Assembly (NCBI GenBank): GCA_048268245.1
Contig: JBLWVX010000004.1
Location: 64,001 to 128,000 of the forward strand
Direction: 5' to 3'
Length of the DNA: 64,000 nt
DNA from: Arcobacteraceae bacterium
GTDB lineage: Bacteria > Campylobacterota > Campylobacteria > Campylobacterales > Arcobacteraceae
In this document: positions 54,060 through 62,761 of the stretch, one piece after another
How positions within the stretch are numbered: the stretch's first letter is position 1
Layout: each line of letters begins with the position of its first letter
The notes under the pieces: generated by a model
The model's database searches: none
What the model was told of the DNA's origin: nothing
The model's input: the letters and a program-made list of their open reading frames with translations, nothing else
Translations under genes and position numbers: made by a program

Positions 54060-54599
54060 CTATTTATGTACTTTACACACCAAAAATCCATCACTTTTTG
54101 AACCTGAACCTGTAAATACAGCATTTGTTGTATCATAAGCATTTAAAACATAATTAACTTCCCCAAACAAAGCTTTTTCACAGAATTCTCTCCCTACAAA
54201 GCTTTCTGAGAATCTAGCTTTACTCATCAAAGCACTATTTTTACTCATGTTTACCATAAGTGAATATGAATTATTTTTATCATCAGAGGTAGGAATTATT
54301 TGCCATTCTACGTCATCTTTATTTGGATGAGTTACAACTGTAGCCATTCCTCCTGAGTCATCAGGAATTATCTCACTTCCCTCTAGTAAAAAACCATCAT
54401 CATTTAAAACTTCAAAGTTCAAAGTTGATAGACTTTCGCCTGCTTGAATATATGTATTCACATAACCATCTACTAACTCAAACATCACTTTCATCTCTTC
54501 AAGTTCTGCTTTTATAGTAGAGTCATCAGCTTCATATCTAGTAAGAATAATAATCATAGCAGATGTTACAGCGATTATTGATGCGACAAAGTAAGCCAT
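54060..54599 (-). CDS. Pilin-like protein, leaderless, with C-terminal Cys pair
   Basis: MAYFVASIIAVTSAMIIIL; amphipathic helix; LNDDGFL; FC...VC near the C-terminus; AAGGGA RBS. Confidence 0.55.
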   Translation of the reverse strand: MAYFVASIIAVTSAMIIILTRYEADDSTIKAELEEMKVMFELVDGYVNTYIQAGESLSTLNFEVLNDDGFLLEGSEIIPDDSGGMATVVTHPNKDDVEWQIIPTSDDKNNSYSLMVNMSKNSALMSKARFSESFVGREFCEKALFGEVNYVLNAYDTTNAVFTGSGSKSDGFLVCKVHK

Positions 54600-54884
54600 G
54601 TATTTCCCTTACATATTTATGTTATAATTCAATTATACTATATTTTTTTTTAAAATAACACTTAAAGTTTCCAAAAGTCATATTTTTTAGACCACTAAAA
54701 AGTTATTTATTGTTTCAATGCCACTCTAAGATTTTATATTACGTAAATTATCCATAATTATTAGATTATTTGACAAATCTTAAATTTTGTTTAAAGTACT
54801 ATTTATGAAGACAATTACGTTATACTTAGTTATTAATTATTATTTTTATGATACAATTAATAAAATTCATTAAAAGACTTAAGA

Positions 54885-56135
54885 ATGATTATTGAAGAAA
54901 ATATTGAGAACTTTAAAATATTATTTATTGGATATGAATATACTTATAAAAATGAACTTAATAAATTTTTAAAAACTTCTATCTCAAATATGATATTTAT
55001 AAATGATGAAACTTTCGATTTTAATTCTCATATAATTCTTATAGACAAAGATAGTTTAAAGTCAGACTTATTTTCACTAATACATAAAATCAAACAAAAT
55101 GACCCATACAAATGTATTATACTTTTAACAAAAGAAATAAATGAAAGCTTGATGTATAAAGCATTTGAATATGATGTAGACTCAATAATAAAAAAAGATG
55201 ACAAAAAGGCTTTAATCAAAAAGCTAGAGTATTTTAAAAATAAATTATCTTTAAGAAACAAAAATATCCAAAAAAGAAATATATTAGAGAATATTTTAAA
55301 AAAACAATCTGCCTTAGTTTTTCTTACAGATTTTAAAAACATAACATTTACATCACAATCTTTTTTAGATTTTTTTAATATATCAAATAAAGATGAACTT
55401 TTTGAAAGATATGAAAATATAAGTGATATTTTTATACCCCATGATGACTATTTATATGGTTCAAGTGGTGAAATTTTATCTAAATACAAAAACTCAAAAG
55501 CATCACAAAAAGTTGTGCTTTTACTTTCAAAAGAGTTTAATCCCAAAGCTTTTCATATAACTATTGATAAAATAGATGAAAACAATGATTTTTACATAAT
55601 AACACTCTCAAATATAAGTATCATGCAAGAAAGAAGTATTGAAACAACATACAAAGCTTATGTGGACTCTTTAACAGGTGTCTATAATAGAAATAAATTT
55701 GAAGAACTATTTAAATATGAATACAAACAGTTTGTTAGATATAAAGAGAGTTTTTCTATTTGTATTTTAGATATTGACCACTTCAAAAAGTTTAATGACA
55801 CACATGGGCATCTAATAGGAGATGAAGTACTAAAAATTTTAGCTCAAACTATTAACTCAAACATAAGAAAGGCCGATACTTTTGCTAGATGGGGAGGAGA
55901 AGAGTTTGTACTTCTTATGCCAAAAACAAAAGTTGATGAAGCTTTCATTTTATGTGATAAATTAAGAGAAATTGTTTCAAATATATGCCATGTAACTGCT
56001 GGTAAAATAACTTCAAGTTTTGGTGTAACTCAAATAAAAGACAATGATACTTTAAACCAAGCTCTAAAAAGATGTGACATAGCTCTTTACAATGCCAAAG
56101 CTGCAGGTAGAAATAAAGTATTTAAAGAGACTTAG
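54885..56135 (+). CDS. Diguanylate cyclase (degenerate receiver-like N-terminus)
   Basis: DSLTGVYNR, DIDHFKKFND..GH..GD, I-site RKAD, RWGGEEF. Confidence 0.93.
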   Translation: MIIEENIENFKILFIGYEYTYKNELNKFLKTSISNMIFINDETFDFNSHIILIDKDSLKSDLFSLIHKIKQNDPYKCIILLTKEINESLMYKAFEYDVDSIIKKDDKKALIKKLEYFKNKLSLRNKNIQKRNILENILKKQSALVFLTDFKNITFTSQSFLDFFNISNKDELFERYENISDIFIPHDDYLYGSSGEILSKYKNSKASQKVVLLLSKEFNPKAFHITIDKIDENNDFYIITLSNISIMQERSIETTYKAYVDSLTGVYNRNKFEELFKYEYKQFVRYKESFSICILDIDHFKKFNDTHGHLIGDEVLKILAQTINSNIRKADTFARWGGEEFVLLMPKTKVDEAFILCDKLREIVSNICHVTAGKITSSFGVTQIKDNDTLNQALKRCDIALYNAKAAGRNKVFKET

Positions 56136-56233
56136 CTATTTTTGTAACATTTATAATAACATTTGTGCTTTCTCATACTATTTTGATACTTTTTAACTAT
56201 ATAATATTATAAAATAAAGATTAAGGTATAAAA

Positions 56234-58462
56234 ATGAATAAAATAAGTTATAAATTCTCTTTTATTTTTATATATTTTTCAGTAGTTATATTGTCTTTTT
56301 TTATACTTTTTTTTATTATAGACAATAATAAAATTACAAATATAAATGAAGTATCTTCAAATAAATTTTATGAAGAGTATGAAGAAAAGAACTCTAAAAT
56401 ACAAACATTTTTAAAAATATATAAAGACTCTTTAAGCTCACTGTCAGAAAACAAACTATTTAAAGAGTACTTAGAAAATAAACAAAATAAAGATTATGTT
56501 CATGATCTTTTTTCATCATATATAAAGTTTTTACCAAATGTATTCCAAATAAGATATATTAGTGAAACGGGTTTAGAAAAAATTAGAGTAGAGAAAAACC
56601 TTTCAAAAAATTCAAATGATATTTTAATAATTTCAGAAGAAAAACTACAAAATAAAGCTTCAAGTGCTTATTTCAAAGATTTTATAAAACTAGAAAAAGA
56701 CAAGCTAGGTCTATCAATTATTAATCTAAATGTAGAATATGGAAAAGTAGATAAAACCAAAACTATCACAGTTAGAGTTGCAACTTCTGTATTCACAAAA
56801 ACAAATGCTAGAAAAGGCTTTTTAGTTTTAAATATCGACCTAAAAAACTTTTTTGAGCTTTTAAAAAACTCATCTTTTTATAATGTGATGTTAATAGATG
56901 ATAAGGGAAGGTTTTTATTGCACTATGACAAAAAAAGAGGGATAAGAAGTGCAAGTTTTGATAGCTTTGATTTAACTAATGAGTTGGGGAAAGATGCTGC
57001 TTCAAAAATTCTTGAAAATTCTTCTTTTATAAATAAAAATATTTTTAGTAAAACAATTGAGTTGTCAAATGAAAAACAAAATATAAAAATTATATTTAGA
57101 ACAAAATTTAATGAACTTATAGAAAAACAGAAAAACAATGAACTTTTAATATATGTATTTATTGTATTCTTAGCATTGTTATTTTTGCCTATTACTATGT
57201 ACTTTTCAAAAAAACCAGAGAGTCTAAGAAATCAAATAAACCTACAAAATGTTACTGATCCTACTACTAAACTTCCAAATAGAGAACATCTTATGAATGA
57301 TCTTAAAAGTTCATACTATAATGATTCTATTTTAGTTTTAATAAGTATTGATAACTATCAAAAAATACAAAATATTTATGGGTATAAAATAGCAGATAAA
57401 ATAATAATGAAATGTTCTATTTTCTTAAAAAACTATGCTAAAAAAACAAACACTTTTAAATTATATAAAATTTCAAAGAACCATTTTGCTTTAATGTATA
57501 AAACAATTGACATAAATAGCTTAAAAAGAAAACTAAAAAAATTACAAAACCAAATAGAAAACAATTATCAAGACTTTGAATTACTAATTTCTATTGGAAC
57601 AAGTTCAAATAAAAAGACGAACAGAAGGCTAGAAAAATTACAAGAAGCAAGTATTGCTCTTGAAGTTTGTAATGAGAAAAAACTTGATGTTTGTATCTAT
57701 GAAGAAGAGTTGGCACATGATATAACACTTAGCAAAAAAAATCTAAGCACAGTAAAAACAATAAGAGATGCTATAAAAAATGATGATGTAGTTATACAAT
57801 TTCAAGCTATATACAACAACTTTACAAATAAAATTGACAAATATGAAACTCTTGTTAGAATCAAAAAAGATGGTGGGCTTATCTACCCAGGAGACTTTAT
57901 AGACATTGCAAAAGATATTAAGAAATATAAAGCTCTAACTAAAATAATAATAGATAAATCTTTTAAATATTTTGAAAATAAAGATTATGAATTCTCAATA
58001 AATCTTACACTTGAAGATATAAATGATAAAGAAATAAAATCACATCTTTTTAAGCAAATAAAAAACTATAAAGTAAAAGACAAATTAGTGATTGAAATAG
58101 TTGAGTCTGAAGCTATTGAGGATATAGAAGAGTTTAAAGGGTTTTTAAAAGATATAAAATCTTATGGCTGTAAAGTAGCCATTGATGATTTTGGAAGTGG
58201 CTACTCAAATTATGAATATATAGTAAAACTTAGCGAATATATAGACTATGTGAAACTTGATGGTTCACTAATCAAAACTGTACATAAAGACCCTAAAGTT
58301 CATGTACTTGTAGGAAGTATTAAATTTATCTGTGACACTTTACAAATAAAACTAATAGCTGAATATGTGGAAGATTTAGAGCTTTTTGAATATGTAAAAT
58401 CAATGGGTATTGATTATTCACAAGGTTACTATATTGGTAAATCTCAAGATGAAGTAGATTAA
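56234..58462 (+). CDS. Cache-type sensor / degenerate GGDEF / EAL phosphodiesterase
   Basis: Two TMs, QIRYI..G.EKIRV, SKNHF in place of GGDEF, YETLVR, IDDFGSGYSN, AEYVE, SQGYY. Confidence 0.88.
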   Translation: MNKISYKFSFIFIYFSVVILSFFILFFIIDNNKITNINEVSSNKFYEEYEEKNSKIQTFLKIYKDSLSSLSENKLFKEYLENKQNKDYVHDLFSSYIKFLPNVFQIRYISETGLEKIRVEKNLSKNSNDILIISEEKLQNKASSAYFKDFIKLEKDKLGLSIINLNVEYGKVDKTKTITVRVATSVFTKTNARKGFLVLNIDLKNFFELLKNSSFYNVMLIDDKGRFLLHYDKKRGIRSASFDSFDLTNELGKDAASKILENSSFINKNIFSKTIELSNEKQNIKIIFRTKFNELIEKQKNNELLIYVFIVFLALLFLPITMYFSKKPESLRNQINLQNVTDPTTKLPNREHLMNDLKSSYYNDSILVLISIDNYQKIQNIYGYKIADKIIMKCSIFLKNYAKKTNTFKLYKISKNHFALMYKTIDINSLKRKLKKLQNQIENNYQDFELLISIGTSSNKKTNRRLEKLQEASIALEVCNEKKLDVCIYEEELAHDITLSKKNLSTVKTIRDAIKNDDVVIQFQAIYNNFTNKIDKYETLVRIKKDGGLIYPGDFIDIAKDIKKYKALTKIIIDKSFKYFENKDYEFSINLTLEDINDKEIKSHLFKQIKNYKVKDKLVIEIVESEAIEDIEEFKGFLKDIKSYGCKVAIDDFGSGYSNYEYIVKLSEYIDYVKLDGSLIKTVHKDPKVHVLVGSIKFICDTLQIKLIAEYVEDLELFEYVKSMGIDYSQGYYIGKSQDEVD

Positions 58463-58519
58463 ATATTAACTTTTTATTAAATAATATATACTATTATAGA
58501 GTAAATAAAAGGATAAGTC

Positions 58520-59161
58520 ATGTTTGCAATTTATAATAGTGGAAGTGTAGGCTTTAGAAGTACAGTTGACAATCTATATGAGCTTAAAAATACAGATGCT
58601 CCAGCAGAGGCTAGACTAAAACCTGATGATGATACTTTATTTCAAGAGTATATGGACTCAAAAAATAAAAAGAACACAAATCAAGGTGCTAATACCCATG
58701 CTTTAAATAGCTACAAAAAAATGGCAAATATTGATACTAGTGAGCCTATTTATCATGTAGGTGATATTATGACTGAAAACTGTACTTTTGTAGAAAGTAC
58801 AGCAACTTTAAAAGAAGCCTATGAAATTTTAAAAGATAAAAAAGTTAGTCAAATTCCTGTAGTTCGTGATGATAAAAAAATTTATGGATTAATTAATAAA
58901 AAGATAATTCTGAACCAAATAATGAATGATATTGATAACTCAAGGCTTATTATTCAAAAAAGGATTGAAGATATTCAAACAAATGAACTAATCACAACTG
59001 ATCCGATTTCAGATATAAGAAGAGTAGCAAAAGTAATGATTGATTTTAAACTTGATGCAATTCCTGTTGTAAATGAAAAGGATGTATTAGTAGGTATTGT
59101 TTCTAAAACAGATATTATAAAAGCTGTTTCAAATATTCCTTCTCTTCAACTTTGGGGTTAA
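58520..59161 (+). CDS. CBS-domain pair protein
   Basis: VGDIMT, SQIPVV, DAIPVV...VGIVSKTDII. Confidence 0.88.
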   Translation: MFAIYNSGSVGFRSTVDNLYELKNTDAPAEARLKPDDDTLFQEYMDSKNKKNTNQGANTHALNSYKKMANIDTSEPIYHVGDIMTENCTFVESTATLKEAYEILKDKKVSQIPVVRDDKKIYGLINKKIILNQIMNDIDNSRLIIQKRIEDIQTNELITTDPISDIRRVAKVMIDFKLDAIPVVNEKDVLVGIVSKTDIIKAVSNIPSLQLWG

Positions 59162-59234
59162 ATAAGTTTATAAATCTTTTTTTTGATACACTTATAATAC
59201 ATTTTTATAATATAATAAATAAAAAAGGTCTCCA

Positions 59235-60017
59235 ATGAAAAAATTACTTTTACTAACTGCCTGTGCATCTTTTGCAATAGCTCAACAACTAACACTAGGT
59301 GTAGTTCCACAGCAAAGCCCTTTAAAGCTTTTTAATAAATGGGTTAAAGTTACAAAATATCTTGAAGAAACTACAGGTATAAAAGTTATTTTTAAAACTG
59401 AAAGATCAATTCCTCAATTTGAAAAAGAGCTGTATGCTGGGAAATATGATATTTCATATATGAACCCTTATCATTTTACAGTTGCTAAAAAAAAGCAAAA
59501 CTATGAAGCCTTTACAAGAGCAAATAAAAATATCGTAGGTATACTACTTGCAAAAGATAAAGAGATTGACTTTACAAAAGAAAATCTAAAAGGTAAAACT
59601 TTTTTATTTCCTGCTCCAAATGCCTTTGCTGCAACACTTCTTACAAAATATGAGCTAAAAGAGAAGTTTGGCTTTAACATAGATAAAGAAGGGAAGGTTT
59701 TATATGTAAACTCTCATGATTCAGTTTACAAAGGTATTTCAAGAGATATTGGATATATAGGTGGAGGGATTATAAGAACTTATAATAACTTTCAAGCAAA
59801 ACAAGATAAACAGAATTTACATATAGTTTATAAAACAAATGCTTATCCAAGTCACCCAATAGCAGCACATCCAAGAGTAGATGAACAAATAGTAAAAAAA
59901 CTTCAAGATGCCTTTATAAATATGCCAGAAGATATTAAAAAAACTCTTAGTATCAAAAAGTTCAAAGTTACAAATAGTGATGAGTTTAAAGTAATTGAAA
60001 ATATCGGTGTAAAATAA
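59235..60017 (+). CDS. Phosphate/phosphonate-binding-type periplasmic protein (PhnD-like fold)
   Basis: LGVVPQQSP, YMNPYH, FPAPNAFAAT, VNSHDSVY, YPSHPIAAHPRV. Confidence 0.85.
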   Translation: MKKLLLLTACASFAIAQQLTLGVVPQQSPLKLFNKWVKVTKYLEETTGIKVIFKTERSIPQFEKELYAGKYDISYMNPYHFTVAKKKQNYEAFTRANKNIVGILLAKDKEIDFTKENLKGKTFLFPAPNAFAATLLTKYELKEKFGFNIDKEGKVLYVNSHDSVYKGISRDIGYIGGGIIRTYNNFQAKQDKQNLHIVYKTNAYPSHPIAAHPRVDEQIVKKLQDAFINMPEDIKKTLSIKKFKVTNSDEFKVIENIGVK

Positions 60018-60020
60018 TAG

Positions 60021-61835
60021 ATGTCATTTAAATATAGATTTATTCTTTCTTTTGTTTTACTAGAAATATTTTTTATTATTTTAATAGTTTCAGTAAATTT
60101 TGTAGCAATAAGTAGCTCTTCTAAAACTCTAACTGAAGAAAAAATATCTTCAAATGAGAAATTTTTAAAAGAACTACTTAGTGTACCTATTGCAATTTAT
60201 GATTTAGCTACTCTTGATAATCTAGTACAAAAAACCTATGAAATAGACTATATTAACTCTATCGTTGTTCTTGATGCACACGACAAATTGATATCAAATA
60301 AATATGACTTTGAGTACGAAACAATAGATGAATTTTTAAAAAAGAAAACAAATAGAACTATTAACTACAAAGAAAATAGTTTTGAGACTAGGTATATAAA
60401 ACTGCATGAAGATGAACAATACCTAGGAGCTATTTATCTAGTTTTCGATAATACTGCAAATACAAACTTTATAGAAGAAAACAAAGAAAAGACTATAATA
60501 ATAGTCTTACTAGAGATTTTAATCTCAACGATATTATCTTATCTAATTGGTTCTAGGCTTACTAAAATGCTTACAAACTTATCAAGTGTAGCAAAAGATA
60601 TAGGAGAAGAAAAAGCTGTATCGATACCATATCAAGACAACAAAGATGAAATTGGAATACTAAGTAAGTCTTTAAATAAAATGAAAAGTGACCTTCAAAA
60701 AAGAAATAATGAATTAGTAAAAGCAAATAAAACTAAAGATACATTCTTAGCAAATATGTCCCATGAAATTAGAACACCATTAAATGCAATCATTGGTTTT
60801 TCAAATATTTTAAAAGACTCAAATTTACAAGAAGAACAAAAAAAACAAGCAAATATTATCTCAAAAAGTGCGAACTCTTTACTTCATATAATAAATGAAA
60901 TTTTAGATTTCTCAAAAATAGAGAGTGGAAAACTTGAATTTTACCCTCAATCAAATAATCTTTTTGAGCTATGTAACGAAATGCAAACTTTGTTTAAAGG
61001 ACAAGCCTCTCAAAAAAATATAACTATTAATTTTGAGTATGACAAAAATATTCCAGACTATTTAATCTTTGATAATACAAGACTACAACAAGTAGTTTCA
61101 AATCTACTAACAAATGCTATAAAATTCTCAAAAGAAGAATCAAATGTATATTTCAATGTAAGTCTAATAAAAAAAGATGATGACTATGCAAAAATAAATA
61201 TATCTATAAAAGACAATGGTATTGGTATACCAAAAGAAAAGCAAAAAGATATCTTCAAACCCTTTTCTCAAGCAGACCAAAGTGTTTCTAAAGAGTATGG
61301 AGGAACTGGTTTAGGATTAGCAATTATTACTAAAATACTAGAGCATATGAACTCTACAATACATCTTGAAAGTAAAGAAAACAAAGGTAGTACCTTTAGT
61401 TTTAAATTAAAACTAAAAATTTGTGAAAAGAAAAAAGAAAATAAAGAAGATAAAAAATATCACATAAATACAAAAAATAAAAAAGTTTTAATAGCAGAAG
61501 ATAATGAGATAAACCAAGAACTTATGAAAGCAATATTTTTAGAACTTAAATTAGATATGGACTTCGCAAATAATGGATTAGAAGCAATTGAGCTTTTCAA
61601 TAAAAATAGTTATAACCTAATTCTTATGGATATAAATATGCCTCTTTGTGGAGGTGTTGAAGCTTGTGAGAAAATAAGAAAACTTGATAAAAATATCCCA
61701 ATAGTTGCCCTTACTGCAAATGCAATAAAAGGAGATAAAGAAAAGTTTTTAAATGCAGGTATGAATGAACATCTAACAAAACCTATAAACTTTCATAAAT
61801 TAAAAGAAGTACTTGAGAAGTATTTAAAAAGGTAA
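60021..61835 (+). CDS. Hybrid sensor histidine kinase (HAMP-HisKA-HATPase-REC)
   Basis: FLANMSHEIRTPLN, NLLTNAIKF, DNGIG, GGTGLGL, ILMDINMP. Confidence 0.95.
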   Translation: MSFKYRFILSFVLLEIFFIILIVSVNFVAISSSSKTLTEEKISSNEKFLKELLSVPIAIYDLATLDNLVQKTYEIDYINSIVVLDAHDKLISNKYDFEYETIDEFLKKKTNRTINYKENSFETRYIKLHEDEQYLGAIYLVFDNTANTNFIEENKEKTIIIVLLEILISTILSYLIGSRLTKMLTNLSSVAKDIGEEKAVSIPYQDNKDEIGILSKSLNKMKSDLQKRNNELVKANKTKDTFLANMSHEIRTPLNAIIGFSNILKDSNLQEEQKKQANIISKSANSLLHIINEILDFSKIESGKLEFYPQSNNLFELCNEMQTLFKGQASQKNITINFEYDKNIPDYLIFDNTRLQQVVSNLLTNAIKFSKEESNVYFNVSLIKKDDDYAKINISIKDNGIGIPKEKQKDIFKPFSQADQSVSKEYGGTGLGLAIITKILEHMNSTIHLESKENKGSTFSFKLKLKICEKKKENKEDKKYHINTKNKKVLIAEDNEINQELMKAIFLELKLDMDFANNGLEAIELFNKNSYNLILMDINMPLCGGVEACEKIRKLDKNIPIVALTANAIKGDKEKFLNAGMNEHLTKPINFHKLKEVLEKYLKR

Positions 61836-61843
61836 GTATAAAA

Positions 61844-61886
61844 AAAGCCAGATACAAAAACTCAAAAAGTTTTTATATCTGGCTTT
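61844..61886. terminator. Long hairpin; terminator of the kinase and probably the original terminator of the interrupted tRNA locus
   Basis: AAAGCCAGATAcAAAAACT-caaaa-AGTTTTTaTATCTGGCTTT, directly 3' of the CCA fragment on the minus strand. Confidence 0.75.
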
Positions 61887-61887
61887 A

Positions 61888-61910
61888 TGGCACGCCTGGT
61901 AGGAATAGAA
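61888..61910 (-). mobile_element. att site: displaced tRNA 3'-end fragment (possibly tRNA-Arg)
   Basis: Minus strand reads TTCTATTCCTACCAGGCGTGCCA (T-loop-like, T-stem, acceptor strand, G discriminator, CCA); no 5' half upstream. Confidence 0.8.
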
Positions 61911-61963
61911 TTATAGTCTTTAGCCACTATATAATAGGAGCTTACTTAAATATAAATATTTAA

Positions 61964-61984
61964 TACCCCACATTTTACCCCACA
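61964..61984. repeat. Integrase arm-type direct repeats
   Basis: TACCCCACA at 61964 and 61976 (12-bp period), 53 bp from the att core. Confidence 0.65.
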
Positions 61985-62761
61985 AAACTAACTTTCATAC
62001 AATAAAAATATTAATTTTTCTAAGTAGATTTATATTCTATCAATAGTTTTTATCAAATTTACTTAATGTTTCATAAACTATTTTTTCATCATGTCAATAT
62101 AATTTTTTGTTAGTTTCTTTTATATTACAAATAAGATGAAGTATCAAAATAGTTAATTGTTAGCTTTTTATTTCATTAATTTTTGAAATATAATCTCTTT
62201 TATAATTGCTACAAATAAAGATGAGGTCATAGAATTACATTAGAAATATAATCCCTTTTATAATTACTATACTCTTTCATATCTTCAAAATATAATTAAA
62301 TCAATAGAAACTATGAATAAATCTTTTTTTTGCTTTCTGCTTCAATTATGAGTGATTAAATTACATTTCCCTATAAGGAATACTTTAGTTTATTACTCAT
62401 TATTGAGTATTTATTTTTTGAAGTAGTTATTTTGTACATCTCAATTTATAATATGATTTTTTCATATAATACACCTGTAAACGACAATATAATACTATGC
62501 TTTTATAGTATTGAGTTTACAGGTTATTTTACAGGTATTGGAAGCTATTTATGAGTTATTAAAGCGACGATTTTTTAAGTTGATAATCTCTATCTTTTTA
62601 ATTATCCCCCTCTAAATATTCAACTTTACTTTGTGTTTTTTTGTCTAACTAGACTAAGTCTTTAGTGAGTTATTAATGCACCGATTTTCTATAATTAAAA
62701 TACAAGTTAAAAATTATCCTCTTTTAGATTAGCAAACTATTGTTTTAAATTTGTAATTAAA

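Noticed and set aside
38309..54599. Conjugative element or ICE carrying a thin pilus
   Set aside because: No relaxase, VirB4, coupling protein, integrase or flanking direct repeats detected by eye.
54643..54651. Phase-variable poly-T tract in the filament locus promoter
   Set aside because: A 9-nt A/T run is unremarkable at this AT content, and similar runs occur throughout the window.
59235..60017. Phosphonate ABC transporter operon
   Set aside because: No phnC or phnE-type genes are adjacent.
61888..61965. Intact tRNA gene
   Set aside because: Only the 3' ~23 nt are tRNA-like. No matching 5' acceptor strand, D arm or anticodon arm.
62185..62269. True CRISPR array
   Set aside because: Only two imperfect AT-rich copies, spacer-like sequence is partly duplicated nearby, and no cas genes. 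Kept as a low-score finding.
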